Both the position numbers and the translations under genes were made by a program. Positions 40,349 through 51,360 of a stretch of DNA of 64,000 nt are shown here, in pieces. The first letter of the stretch is position 1. Each line of letters starts with the position of its first letter. Origin of the DNA: Spirochaetota bacterium (lineage in GTDB: Bacteria > Spirochaetota > UBA4802 > UBA5550). The notes beneath the pieces were generated by a model. The model was not told where the DNA came from. It worked only from the letters and a program-made list of their open reading frames with translations, and searched no databases. The stretch covers positions 1,440,001-1,504,000 of the forward strand of contig CAXXHB010000003.1 in NCBI GenBank assembly GCA_963664815.2, given 5' to 3'.

Positions 40349-42520
40349 TTAACTTTTTTTCTGTGATATTTTATCAAGTATTTCGTGAGTCAGAACTTCC
40401 GTGTTGTAATCTCTTTTCAGCAGTTCAAAGGGTATAATGTAGTTACATCCCTCCCTGTAACGGTTGCACCCGAAGGCCGTTCTCCCTTTTATTATTTTTC
40501 CGGTTTTGCACACAGGGCAGACCAGTTCCTGTTTTTCAGGTGAAGCCGGTTTTTCATCTGACAGCAGTTTCTTCTCTTCAGAAAGAACTTTTTGCGGAGC
40601 CTGTTTCTTAGCCTGCTTCTCAGATGAGGAAACGCTGTTCTTTTTTGAAACTTTTTTTACTGTTGTTCTGCTTTTCGCGGGTGATTCTTTGATTTCAGTT
40701 TTTAAGTTCCGCTTTTTTTTATCCGCAAGCTGTATCATTTTGCCGGTCTCTTTTTTAACATCAGATACAAGGTTTGATACCATGTTTTTCATCTCCTGGA
40801 GAAACAGCGATGCATGGTAATCACCCTTTTCTATAAGGCGTAGTTTCCCCTCCCATATTCCGGTCAGTTCAACCGATTTAAGGAGATCATTCTCTATTGT
40901 ATCAATAAGCTGGATACCTGTTGCTGTCGGGATGATGTTCTTCTTCTGGCGTATGATATAGCTGCGCCTGAACAGTGTCTCTATAATACCGGCCCTTGTT
41001 GAGGGGCGCCCTATTCCGTTCTCCTTCATCGCATCGCGGATTTCCTCATCATCAGACCATTTGCCGGCAGTCTCCATGGCGCGGAGGAGTGTGGCCTCGG
41101 TATAATGCCTTGGCGGTTTTGTCTCCTTTTCTTCAGTTTTCGGTGTATGAGGGCCTGATTCACCTGTTACAAATTCCGGTATTAATTGCGATTCCTCATC
41201 TTCTTCCTTTTTCTCATTGTCATCCTTTTTTTCCGGCCTGGGATAGAGCACGCGCCATCCATCCTCAATAATCTGCCGGCCGGAAGCCTTGAACTTCACT
41301 TTATCCGTTTCCCCCAGGGCAGTGGTATTTGAGACTATGCAGTCGGGGTAGAATACGGCTATGAAACGGCGTGTTACCGCGTCATAAACCTTTTCGTCAT
41401 TTGGTGACAGATTCCGGGGGTTTACCCCCGTGGGAATAATCGCATGGTGGTCTGTTACCTTTGAGTCATCGAAAACCTTTTTACTTTTACGTACCGGTCC
41501 GGTCAAAAGCGGTTCAACTTCATTTGCGAATGATTTAAGTCCTTTGAGGATTCCGGTTACCTTAGGATAGATGTCAGAAGGGAGAAACCTCGTATCCACC
41601 CTGGGGTAGGTGATGAATTTTTTCTCGTAGAGATTCTGAACAATCTTCAATGTGCTGTCGGCGGAGAAGCCGAACTTTTTATTACATTCAACCTGCAGCG
41701 AGGTAAGGTCAAACAGCGACGGTGGAGGCTCGGTCCCTCTTTTCTTTGTGAAGGATGTAACTGTAAAAATTCTGTCTTTTATTCTTTCAAGAATTTCATC
41801 TGCCGCATCTGAGCTGCTGAACCTGCCGTCAACTGCAGAAAATGTAACTTCACGGTAGATTGTTTTAAGCTCCCAGTATTTTTCAGGGGTGAAGTTCTCT
41901 ATCTCGTAGTTCCGTTTTACAATAAGAGCCAGTGTCGGTGTCTGTACTCTCCCTATTGAGAGTACACCCTTGCCGTTAGCGTACTTGAGAGTATATAGCC
42001 TTGTGGCATTCATACCAAGGAGCCAGTCACCAACGGCGCGGGAGTTCCCCGCTTCATAGAGAAGGTCGTAATCGCTGCCGTTTTTAAGTTTTGTAAATCC
42101 CTCCCTTATGGCCTCTTCTGTGAGAGATGAGATCCATAGCCTCTTGACAGGTTTTATGCATCCGGCTTTTTTAAGTACCCAGCGCTGTATTAGCTCACCC
42201 TCTATTCCGGCGTCACCGCAGTTTATAACCTCGTCGCAGCTCTCAAAAAGGGTTTTTATTATTTTAAACTGTTTTCCGACACCTGGGTTTGAAATGAGCT
42301 TAATGTCAAAGTTATCGGGAATCATCGGCAGGGTTTCAATGCTCCACCTTTTCCACCCTGCGGTGTAGTCGTCAGGTTCCATCAGGGTGCAGAGATGACC
42401 GAAAGTCCAGGTGACCCTGTAGCCGTTTCCTTCAAAGTACCCGTCTTTTTTTATATTTGCGCCGAGAATCTGTGCAATCTCCCTTGCAACACTAGGTTTT
42501 TCAGCAATACATACTTTCAA
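40349..42520 (-). CDS. topB: DNA topoisomerase III (type IA)
   Basis: IAEKPSVA, GHL, DAGIEGE, SIGRVQTPTL, ITYPRVD catalytic Tyr, DHHAIIPT, GRPSTRA; C-terminal zinc ribbon. Confidence 0.93.
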   Translation of the reverse strand: MKVCIAEKPSVAREIAQILGANIKKDGYFEGNGYRVTWTFGHLCTLMEPDDYTAGWKRWSIETLPMIPDNFDIKLISNPGVGKQFKIIKTLFESCDEVINCGDAGIEGELIQRWVLKKAGCIKPVKRLWISSLTEEAIREGFTKLKNGSDYDLLYEAGNSRAVGDWLLGMNATRLYTLKYANGKGVLSIGRVQTPTLALIVKRNYEIENFTPEKYWELKTIYREVTFSAVDGRFSSSDAADEILERIKDRIFTVTSFTKKRGTEPPPSLFDLTSLQVECNKKFGFSADSTLKIVQNLYEKKFITYPRVDTRFLPSDIYPKVTGILKGLKSFANEVEPLLTGPVRKSKKVFDDSKVTDHHAIIPTGVNPRNLSPNDEKVYDAVTRRFIAVFYPDCIVSNTTALGETDKVKFKASGRQIIEDGWRVLYPRPEKKDDNEKKEEDEESQLIPEFVTGESGPHTPKTEEKETKPPRHYTEATLLRAMETAGKWSDDEEIRDAMKENGIGRPSTRAGIIETLFRRSYIIRQKKNIIPTATGIQLIDTIENDLLKSVELTGIWEGKLRLIEKGDYHASLFLQEMKNMVSNLVSDVKKETGKMIQLADKKKRNLKTEIKESPAKSRTTVKKVSKKNSVSSSEKQAKKQAPQKVLSEEKKLLSDEKPASPEKQELVCPVCKTGKIIKGRTAFGCNRYREGCNYIIPFELLKRDYNTEVLTHEILDKISQKKS

Positions 42521-42706
42521 ATGTCTATACCCCGGCCAGGCTGCCTGTTATGTAGTGTCTATAATTTAATGCGGGAAATAAGTCAAGGAAAACCGTGAAC
42601 AGCAGTTTTAAAAATTTCTGTTAAATAAAGTTAAGACTGAGTGAATAGTAGTTGCCGCTGTAATCAATATTCACTATATATGAGTATATTGTAAAGTATA
42701 TGACTG

Positions 42707-43459
42707 GTGGACAAAATGGAAAATATATCTGTAAGCGCAAAAAAAATAAAGGATATGCTGGGGATGGAATTTTTCCCTGTGGGTCTTTACTATAGTAAGG
42801 AGAGGCCTGAAGATTCTCTGTTTTTTAAAGAAAAGGGTAAAGGGTGTATAATGCCGCTGATATTCTCCGCGGCAAAGGGTAAAACAGTATCAGTTGATGC
42901 AGATTCAACCGGGTGGAACTGTTCGGCTTTTTATTTCGGATATGCTGACTGGATTTTTGAAGGTATTGAATATTATCTTTCAGATGGGCTTGAAGGGCGT
43001 GAGTGTGAGAGGTTTGTGAAAGAACCCTCTGAAGTTAAAAAATACCTTGAAACATTGCGGTTCAGTGAAAGGGTAAGAGCGGTAACAGTGTTGAAACCTC
43101 TTGAGAATTTCACAGCCGGTGAAAAACCTGAGGTTGTTATCTTTTTTGTAAACGCGGATCAGCTGAGCGCCCTTACTTTTCTTGTATACTATAATTCACC
43201 GCTGAGCGATGACAGGGTAATAACACGTTTCGTATCAGCCTGCGGAGCGGCGGTGACTCTGCCTCTTAAGTACCGTTCTGAAAATAAGCTTAAAGCTGTA
43301 ACCGGGTTAAATGATATCTCTGCAAGGTTAAGACTTCCCAAAGAGCTTATGACCTTTTCAATGCCGGTGGAACTTTATGAAGAGATATTCGGTTATGCCG
43401 AAGAAAGTTTTCTTGGTACATCACAGTGGAAAAGGATTCTGGAGAGGAATATGAAATAG
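42707..43459 (+). CDS. DUF169-like protein
   Basis: PVG, CIM…AAKG, PEVVIFFVNADQLSAL, SACG, DISAR. Confidence 0.7.
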   Translation: MDKMENISVSAKKIKDMLGMEFFPVGLYYSKERPEDSLFFKEKGKGCIMPLIFSAAKGKTVSVDADSTGWNCSAFYFGYADWIFEGIEYYLSDGLEGRECERFVKEPSEVKKYLETLRFSERVRAVTVLKPLENFTAGEKPEVVIFFVNADQLSALTFLVYYNSPLSDDRVITRFVSACGAAVTLPLKYRSENKLKAVTGLNDISARLRLPKELMTFSMPVELYEEIFGYAEESFLGTSQWKRILERNMK

Positions 43460-43514
43460 CATATAGCTGAAGAGAATAATCATCTCAGCGGGATTTTTAC
43501 AGATAACTTAAATC

Positions 43515-44903
43515 TCAATCTCCCTGAATAACAAATTTAAGAATAATTTTAGTCCCTTCACCGCGTTCAATCTTTATATTCCCGTCTATCTGTTCAGTGA
43601 GAATACTTACAAGCTGCATGCCAAAACCGGTTGAATTTTTAAAATCAATGAATTCAGGCATACCTATGCCATTGTCCTGTATTACCAGGAGAACATGTTT
43701 ATCCTCTGAATATGCAGATATGGAAATAACTCCATTGTCCATCCCGTTAAAAGCATATTTCATTATATTGGTTAACAGTTCGTTGATTATCATTCCAAGA
43801 GGCTGCAGTCTTTTTATCTGCAATGGAAAATTCTCGATCTTTTTTTCTACATGAACAGATTTACTGTTGGGAAAATTGGCTATGATCTCATCAATCAATG
43901 TAGAAAGGTAATCGTTAAGCGGCATATAACTGAAACTCTCCGACTGGTAGAGTCTGTCGTAAAGAATCATCATGCTCTGAACACGGTTACCGGCGTTATT
44001 GAGAGCCTTAATGGCAGAATATTCTTCCAGAGTATCGGCCTGTATAGCCAGAAGGCTTATTATTGTATTAAGATTGTTTTTTATGCGGTGATGAACCTCT
44101 TTTAGTAACAGTTCTTTGTCTGCCAGCAGCTGATTTATTTTATTTTCATATATTTTACGGTTTGTAATATCTTCTTTAACCGCTATAAAGTTAGTAATTT
44201 CCCCTTTATCATTTGTAATCGGAGAGATTATCGCAGCTTCCCAGTACAGTTCTCCATTTTTCTTTTTATTATGAAAAGTACCCCTCCATACTTTTCCCGA
44301 TGTAATTGTATCCCATAACTGTCTATATACCGCGCCTGAAGTTTCACCGGATTTTAAAATGCGCGGGTTCTGGCCTTTGACCTCCTCCGGAGAATAACCG
44401 GTCAGTGCAGAAAACGTCGGATTTACATATTCAATAGAACCATCTGATCCTGTAATGACAATACTTACAGGACTTTGATTAACAGCTACAGAAAACTTTT
44501 GCAGCTCATTTTCGGCTGTTTTACGTTCAGTGATATCGGTTGAGATTCCAATAACGCCAACAATCTCTCCATTTTCGTCAATGAAAGGAATTTTATTGGT
44601 ATTAACCCATCTTCTTCCGCCAGGGGTATCCCATTGTTCTTCAATATCGAGTTTTGGAACACCGGAATTTATAACATCCAGATCATCCTGATAATATTTA
44701 TCTGCTTCATCCCGTGGATAAAATTCATAAATACTTTTACCTTCAAAAAAAGATTTGTCCATCTTATTTATCTGAGCAAAATATTTATTAACGCGGATGA
44801 AATTATTATTTTTGTCTTTATAAAAAATCAGAGCCGGCAGATTATCAAGTATCGATTCAAGTTCACGACTTAACTTATTATACTTTTTTTCTGTTTTCAT
44901 CAA
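43515..44903 (-). CDS. Cytoplasmic PAS-PAS histidine kinase (HisKA_2 type)
   Basis: LLKEVHHRIKNNL, NELLTNIMKYAF, DNGIG, GFGMQLV. Confidence 0.92.
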   Translation of the reverse strand: MMKTEKKYNKLSRELESILDNLPALIFYKDKNNNFIRVNKYFAQINKMDKSFFEGKSIYEFYPRDEADKYYQDDLDVINSGVPKLDIEEQWDTPGGRRWVNTNKIPFIDENGEIVGVIGISTDITERKTAENELQKFSVAVNQSPVSIVITGSDGSIEYVNPTFSALTGYSPEEVKGQNPRILKSGETSGAVYRQLWDTITSGKVWRGTFHNKKKNGELYWEAAIISPITNDKGEITNFIAVKEDITNRKIYENKINQLLADKELLLKEVHHRIKNNLNTIISLLAIQADTLEEYSAIKALNNAGNRVQSMMILYDRLYQSESFSYMPLNDYLSTLIDEIIANFPNSKSVHVEKKIENFPLQIKRLQPLGMIINELLTNIMKYAFNGMDNGVISISAYSEDKHVLLVIQDNGIGMPEFIDFKNSTGFGMQLVSILTEQIDGNIKIERGEGTKIILKFVIQGD

Positions 44904-45089
44904 AATTATTCTTTATTATTCATTATTTTTCTTTATTATTCTCTAAACATTTAAAAATTAAAATATCAGATTATCCAAATCACTTTTCCCGGTGGAAATT
45001 TGTCAAGAAACTTCTTTTCCTGCTCTGTCAGATTCTGCCGGCAATGCTGTATCTTCGGGCATGGGGATGATGAAAATCATTTTTAATAA

Positions 45090-46544
45090 TCATTTATCCG
45101 GAACAAAATTTGTATGAAGATATTCTATCAGCTGATATTTATTTTTTATATCAAGTTTTGAGTAAATACCGGAGAGCCTTTTTTTGACGGTGATTTCAGC
45201 TATTCCCAGGCGAGCTGCTATCTGGTTGTTGGGCATACCCGACTCAATAAGTTTTAAAATATTTCTGTCTATGGAATCGAATTCAATATTACCACGTTTT
45301 ATTGACTGATTATATACATTTGTTTCAAGCAGAAGTTCGCTCAGCTCATCCATTTCACGCGTTATGCTTTCAATCTGGTTCTGAAGACGAACCTGTTTTA
45401 TTTCCAGTTTTTTTTCAAAGGAGATATCTGACACAAAGAATATAATTTTATAGTTTTCATTAAGCGGTTTTTCCAGTTTTAAAATAATAGTTTTCGATGT
45501 AAAAGAACCTGTTTCTGCTTTAGCAAATTCAATCTCGACAGGGATATAGTTTTTATTATCCAGGCTGTTATCTGACAGCAGATTTTTCCGGGATGACTGA
45601 TACTGCAGGAGTGTGATATTTTTCCCTTCCAGATCGGTCGATGTAAATCCGCTCATAGTTTCAAAGGTTTTATTTGTAAGACTGATAATTCCCTGTGAAT
45701 CTGTAACTATTACACCAATGGGGACGGTTTGAACAATACTGTCCAGAATCTCTTTTATGGTCGTTAGTGATTCACGCTGCTCAATCAGTTCAGATATATC
45801 TCTGCCCGACATCAGAGCCATATTAATGCTTCCGTCTTCAGCAGATATGGGTGAGGCGCTTACGCTGTAGGTGCTGATTTTACCATTTGAATTTTCAAGA
45901 GAGACCTCTTTCCTGTCTATTTTACCTGATGTAAAAGCGTTTTTAAGGAGGCCTGATTTATTATTAAACTCCTCATGCATGAAATTTTTAAAAGCGGCCA
46001 GCAGATTATTTTCTCTAAAAGTATTATTAAAAGATTCATTTGTGAAAAGTATATCTGAGTTACTGTTGGCAACAATTACCCAGTCTGTCATGGAACTGAG
46101 AATTGTATTGTAAAATTCTTTAAGTTCTTTCAGCATAATCTGATTTTTTTTCATTTCACGAAGCATGGCAATTTTCTGATCGGCGAGCATTATCGCATAT
46201 TTTATTTCACTCTCCCGGAATGGTTTTATAATGTAGCCGAAGGGATTTTCACTAATGGCCTGGTCTGCAAATTCAGGCTGAATATTGGATGTAATAAAAA
46301 TAACCGGGGTATCTGAAAATGCTCTTACAGCCCCTGCTGCGGTTATTCCGTCAATGTCGTCATCGAGCAATATATCCATAAGAATGATATCGGGCATATA
46401 ATGCTTTACGGCATCAACGACTTTCCTTCCTTTTGATATCGTAGCAACAGGTTCAAATCCCATTCTTTGCAGAAGCTGGGAAAGATTCCTGGCAATAATA
46501 GCTTCATCCTCAACTATCAGTACTTTTTTAATATTTCTATCCAT
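45090..46544 (-). CDS. Response regulator REC-PAS-PAS-LuxR HTH
   Basis: VEDE, LMDI, IKPF; two PAS domains; GMPNNQIAARLGIAEITVKKRLSGIYSKL. Confidence 0.88.
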   Translation of the reverse strand: MDRNIKKVLIVEDEAIIARNLSQLLQRMGFEPVATISKGRKVVDAVKHYMPDIILMDILLDDDIDGITAAGAVRAFSDTPVIFITSNIQPEFADQAISENPFGYIIKPFRESEIKYAIMLADQKIAMLREMKKNQIMLKELKEFYNTILSSMTDWVIVANSNSDILFTNESFNNTFRENNLLAAFKNFMHEEFNNKSGLLKNAFTSGKIDRKEVSLENSNGKISTYSVSASPISAEDGSINMALMSGRDISELIEQRESLTTIKEILDSIVQTVPIGVIVTDSQGIISLTNKTFETMSGFTSTDLEGKNITLLQYQSSRKNLLSDNSLDNKNYIPVEIEFAKAETGSFTSKTIILKLEKPLNENYKIIFFVSDISFEKKLEIKQVRLQNQIESITREMDELSELLLETNVYNQSIKRGNIEFDSIDRNILKLIESGMPNNQIAARLGIAEITVKKRLSGIYSKLDIKNKYQLIEYLHTNFVPDK

Positions 46545-46578
46545 TTTAGTATTTCTATCCTTTTTAGTATTTCTATCT
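46525..46578. repeat. Three tandem 18-bp repeats spanning the regulator start codon
   Basis: tttttaatatttctatcc / attttagtatttctatcc / tttttagtatttctatct. Confidence 0.8.
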
Positions 46579-46859
46579 TTTCATCAAGCCTGTAACATTT
46601 CAGGTATCAGTAATTAATTGTAATCTTAATAAATCAGGATTTATATAGTCAGTAACAACCCCCGTGTAATAAATCCGGATTCTTTGGCTTCACTAAATAA
46701 GATAACTATCATCATCTATATTTCAAAAAGCCTGAAAAATTGTCAATATACTAAAGTATAATAATGTATACCGATGGTATTGGTATTTTTTATAGTAAAA
46801 AAAATACCGGATAATATTCTGTCAGATAATGGTCAATTTGTATGCTAAGGAGAATTTAA

Positions 46860-47594
46860 ATGAAAAAGATATGTTTATCAGCAATATTAATGATGGCAAT
46901 GCTGATGCCGGTGTTTTCAATTGGACTTGATGACCTTCAGATAAAAAAGCTGACAATTGACAGATTTAAATACTTCCCTGTAACCCCGGATAACATCAAC
47001 TATATATTTTTGCAGTCTATTGATGGTGACACGGTGATTATAATCGGTGATTTTTCCGGCGTGGAGAAAAAGATAATAATGGTTATTGATAAAAACAGTG
47101 ATAACACTATCGATTCAGTAGTTGAATATTTTCCAAACACAAAAGATCTCAAATTCAGATCTGATTCAACATCCAAATTTTTTACTAAAGATCTTGTTAA
47201 ACTGAAAAAGGATATCATTGAAGGGGCTATTTATAAAGGGAACTATACTGACAGCATGAAGTCGCTCAACACTCTTGAAAGTATTTTAAAAGATCCTGAT
47301 ACACATACGTTATTTGCCGATGTATACGGATTTAGTGTTAAATATTTTGATGCTGATGAGATGAAAAAAAATTCTGCCCTGTTCAGGTATGGTAAAGCAT
47401 CGGGAGGGTATTATCTTGAGTTCAGAACTGAGTATTACAGAAAAGATCATGAGACTAAACAAAAACCTGTATTAAGCTACTCTGTCTTCTGCAGAGACAG
47501 TAGTGATCCCGTTGTGAAAGAGACTGTTGAAAATCTCTTTAAAATAAGACAACCCGGGGTAAATTCCGCTAAAGGTACAAAATATTCAGACTGA
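46860..47594 (+). CDS. Hypothetical exported protein
   Basis: AAGGAG RBS, signal peptide, EF-hand-like DKNSDNTID. Confidence 0.7.
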   Translation: MKKICLSAILMMAMLMPVFSIGLDDLQIKKLTIDRFKYFPVTPDNINYIFLQSIDGDTVIIIGDFSGVEKKIIMVIDKNSDNTIDSVVEYFPNTKDLKFRSDSTSKFFTKDLVKLKKDIIEGAIYKGNYTDSMKSLNTLESILKDPDTHTLFADVYGFSVKYFDADEMKKNSALFRYGKASGGYYLEFRTEYYRKDHETKQKPVLSYSVFCRDSSDPVVKETVENLFKIRQPGVNSAKGTKYSD

Positions 47595-47621
47595 GAGATT
47601 AAACCTGTTCCGGAATAAATC

Positions 47622-49061
47622 ATGAATAAAAATATAGAATCAGAAAATAAAAATTTAGTCAGAATAAATCATGAAGAGATGCGTATACTTCTGCCGCAGA
47701 TAATGGAAAGCAACATCCCTCTTATGCGTAAAAAAAAAGATGGTACTTTTACATATATCCCCCCGGAGGATTTTGATAAATATTTTAAAAATACGGTCAC
47801 AGATCTTTATATAAACGAAGAGATTTATGATCGCAATAAGGATATAATAATAAATTTCAATACACAGGCTGTTGAGGACACATTATCGCATAGTACAGAA
47901 AAAACCGTGATTTTAAAAAAAACTGATACTGCATTCAGTACCGGGCTTGCAGAAGCGGGCGAAATGGATATGATGGAGAGGCTTCAAAGTACAATCAACA
48001 GCAATTATCAGATAAAATCTCTTGTTGATAAAAAAAGCCGGTTTGACAACGAAACAGCTTCACAGATATCAAATGCATTTTCCCGTATTTTGTGCATGAG
48101 TAAGGTAACTCTTGAGGAGAATATAGTCAAACCGATCTCTGAAGATCAGATGATACGGCTTGTAAATGAAATTGAGTTTGCAATGGATAACCTCGTCACT
48201 CTTTTATCAAATGGAGAATCGAGCTTTGCCGATCTTGCAAGGCTGGAATTTATACAGACAGGTTCAAATACCCTTAATCATATGAATAGAATGCTCATAC
48301 GTATGGTTTCATTCCTGACTTTTTACAATGAATATTTTACTGAATATTCAAATGATATAAAGAGGATCAGGGCCCATTTCAAAGAAAGATTCCACAAATA
48401 TTATACCAGGCTCTTTGCAGATTCCCAGAATATAAATCTTGAGATTGTATTTAAGGGGGGGATCGCACCGGTAAGAGAAAGAAAAATATTTCTGGAATAT
48501 ACTCTTGGCGGTTTTTTTCATGATATTGGTAAAATACCGGAGATAGAATATCATGACAGCGATGAGGGATTTGTGCCGGTAAAAGCCCGGAGGCATGTTT
48601 TTGACAGTTACAATATGCTGCTCAATTCCGGCAGGTTTACTACGGGGACAGTTGCAATGGGCCTTCTTCACCACGACTATTATAATGCGTCATACGGTTA
48701 CAGGCAGAGAGAAACACTTATAAAAAAATTCGACAAAAGAAAAACCGAGAGAAGTGATTCATTAAGAACGAAATTCTGTATGTCACATAACATCATGGAT
48801 GTGGCATATGGCGCCTCTCTTTCCTATTTCCCCGCCAAAATACTTGAGATACTTGATATATATGATGCTATGACCGATCCGGATAAAAGTTACAGGGCAG
48901 GCTGTTTAAAGCCGGAAGAGGCGCTTATGGAGATGAAACAGAAGTATATTACAAACGGGCAGCCGGGTATTGATCCGATTCTGTTTAATATTTTTATCGA
49001 TTTTTTGAAAGCCGGCAGAGTAGTGACTGACAGTGGTGCAACAGATTCGATAAAACTTTGA
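47622..49061 (+). CDS. HD-domain phosphohydrolase (HD-GYP-like, no GYP loop)
   Basis: NH, FFHDIGK, RRH, LLHHD, DIYDAMT..KSYR, IDP. Confidence 0.78.
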   Translation: MNKNIESENKNLVRINHEEMRILLPQIMESNIPLMRKKKDGTFTYIPPEDFDKYFKNTVTDLYINEEIYDRNKDIIINFNTQAVEDTLSHSTEKTVILKKTDTAFSTGLAEAGEMDMMERLQSTINSNYQIKSLVDKKSRFDNETASQISNAFSRILCMSKVTLEENIVKPISEDQMIRLVNEIEFAMDNLVTLLSNGESSFADLARLEFIQTGSNTLNHMNRMLIRMVSFLTFYNEYFTEYSNDIKRIRAHFKERFHKYYTRLFADSQNINLEIVFKGGIAPVRERKIFLEYTLGGFFHDIGKIPEIEYHDSDEGFVPVKARRHVFDSYNMLLNSGRFTTGTVAMGLLHHDYYNASYGYRQRETLIKKFDKRKTERSDSLRTKFCMSHNIMDVAYGASLSYFPAKILEILDIYDAMTDPDKSYRAGCLKPEEALMEMKQKYITNGQPGIDPILFNIFIDFLKAGRVVTDSGATDSIKL

Positions 49062-49292
49062 TAAGCTGAATTTCTGTAAAATATAGATAAATAGAACTGA
49101 ATGAAATCCGTATTTCAGACAGGTGCCGGGTAAAAAGTATGGTGAATTCAAAACAAACATAATCGCAGAATGTGTTATACGCGATTTTCCGGAATCAGAT
49201 GATTCAGTATTTACAGAAGAATCTGTTAATAAAAAAACAATATGGATATAATTGCCGGCTGATCGGTCATTATATATAGTTTTCAGGAGAAT

Positions 49293-50174
49293 ATGAATAT
49301 GAGGAAATGGTTAATCGTATCAGTTATGATACTGTTTGTAAGTTCTGTTGCCATGGCGGATGTTATAATGCTGTTTGATGGCAGTATATACCTCGGAAAA
49401 ATAACAAGGACAGATTCAAATGGTATAGTAATTGAGTCTTTTGGAAAGTCACTGACAATATCGCAAAGCGATATTTTAAAGAACGAAAAGAACTTTGACA
49501 GTTTTAAAAATGTCACTGCGGATATTATCCTTCGTGATGGATCAATAATCAAAGGTAAAATACAGAATTACGATGAAGAGGTCGGAATATTTGTAAATGT
49601 GGATTTTGGCGCAATCACATTGCCTGTTCAAACAATTAAGGAAATTTCAGATCCTGTTAAAAAAAAGTATTATAATGGTTTACCGGTCATCTTCGGATTT
49701 TCCGGCGGGTATTATATACCGTATGCAGGACTAGCCCCTGATTTTGAAAGCGACTTTAGCTTTTCAGCTTTTGCAGAATTCGATTCAGACTTTGTACGCG
49801 GATTATATATTGGTGGTGAGTTTTCTGCAATTAATATTGATTATAAAGTCGATGATAGTGAGTTTTCAATCTATACGTTCCAGCCATATGCAATTTATAA
49901 ATTCTTGCAGATGAGAAAAAAATCTTCATTAATAAACCGTTTTATTCCGTTCGTTTCTGCAGGGATGGGGGGGGCATATATTATCAGGAAATCTCCACTA
50001 AATACAAAGACTGAAACTGAATTAGATACTGTTTTAAATATTAAGACCGGTTTTGATATAAATATAACAGAGAGATTAGGAACAAGATTTTATACAGGTA
50101 CTGAAACAATATTGCAAAACAGCAGCAAATTCAACCGCGTGTTCTTTAATGCTGGCATAATTTACTCATTTTAA
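49293..50174 (+). CDS. Exported protein: two small beta domains + outer-membrane beta-barrel
   Basis: Signal peptide; duplicated D.I.L.DGS…GKI; barrel strands ending NAGIIYSF. Confidence 0.72.
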   Translation: MNMRKWLIVSVMILFVSSVAMADVIMLFDGSIYLGKITRTDSNGIVIESFGKSLTISQSDILKNEKNFDSFKNVTADIILRDGSIIKGKIQNYDEEVGIFVNVDFGAITLPVQTIKEISDPVKKKYYNGLPVIFGFSGGYYIPYAGLAPDFESDFSFSAFAEFDSDFVRGLYIGGEFSAINIDYKVDDSEFSIYTFQPYAIYKFLQMRKKSSLINRFIPFVSAGMGGAYIIRKSPLNTKTETELDTVLNIKTGFDINITERLGTRFYTGTETILQNSSKFNRVFFNAGIIYSF

Positions 50175-50192
50175 TAAATAGAGAGAAATAAT

Positions 50193-51359
50193 ATGAAGAT
50201 AAAAAATATAATTCTGGTAATATTCTTATTATTTGTTTCATGCGGTGGAGACATACTCGAAGATTCTGAATCCACTGATTCCAACAATATTCTTGCTGTA
50301 AAACTACGCGGTATATGGATGGTAGGAGGATTAACGGGAGCATCCCACACTAATGTTGTCAGTGCTGTTGACATGTATGACCCTGTTACCGATACATGGT
50401 ATCCTTCAATAACAAGACTGCCGACTCCTGTAAGTTTTGCCGGGGCTTGTTCTATAAAAGTTTCGGATTCAGACCACCGTATATATGTCTTTGGCGGCTT
50501 TGATTCTTCCGGAAATGTATTAAGCACAGTACAGTATTATACAATCGAGACAGCGAGCTGGTCTACAGGTGTTTCAATTACAAGCCCGCGGGCAAACATA
50601 AATGCTGTACGGCTTAACAATAAAATTTACATTATGGGTGGCAGCAGTTCAAATGCATCAGCTTCCTATACATCTAATACTACAACTTATGCATATTATC
50701 CGGCAGGAGACTCCTGGACAACAATGACTGTATTTGGAGCCACTGCATCAGAAAGATTTATGCTGGCAAGCGACAGTGTTATTTATAATTTTGCGGGACG
50801 TAATGCCTATGCAACACTGATTCCGGTTACAACAAATCATCTGGGGTTTAATATTTATCAATCCGTACTTGGTGCGGAAACAACGGCAACAGAAACCGTT
50901 TTAACATCAGCCCGCACAGGTATTGCCGGGGACATATATGAAGCGTCTTCCGGAGACGTAATGATAATTGCCGGAGGATTCACTGCATTGACTAAATCTG
51001 CTACTGCAACATCAGTAATAACAAATACAACCAGCAGTACATCAACAAATCTTGTTCAATATCTGGCATATCCATTTATTACTTCCGGTTCTTCCTGGCA
51101 GACCGGAACAGCCACTGGAACGACATTTCCGTCAAGAGGATTTGGATCCTCTGTGGTTTATTATTCATCCTCTCTTAGCCCTAATTACCGGCTTTATAAT
51201 TTCGGCGGGACAGATAATCTTTCATCTGCCAGTGGGTCAATCGGAGCGGGTTGGATAGATCTTCCACAACCACCGGACGCCTGGACTTATACCTGGACAT
51301 CTGTAACCAATATGCCTACAGGGCGGTATGGATTTACTGCGGTAAAAATTCAACAATAA
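50193..51359 (+). CDS. Kelch-repeat lipoprotein
   Basis: Lipobox FVSC; IWMVGG, YDPVTDTW, IYVFGG, IYIMGG, MPTGRYG. Confidence 0.87.
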   Translation: MKIKNIILVIFLLFVSCGGDILEDSESTDSNNILAVKLRGIWMVGGLTGASHTNVVSAVDMYDPVTDTWYPSITRLPTPVSFAGACSIKVSDSDHRIYVFGGFDSSGNVLSTVQYYTIETASWSTGVSITSPRANINAVRLNNKIYIMGGSSSNASASYTSNTTTYAYYPAGDSWTTMTVFGATASERFMLASDSVIYNFAGRNAYATLIPVTTNHLGFNIYQSVLGAETTATETVLTSARTGIAGDIYEASSGDVMIIAGGFTALTKSATATSVITNTTSSTSTNLVQYLAYPFITSGSSWQTGTATGTTFPSRGFGSSVVYYSSSLSPNYRLYNFGGTDNLSSASGSIGAGWIDLPQPPDAWTYTWTSVTNMPTGRYGFTAVKIQQ

Positions 51360-51360
51360 T

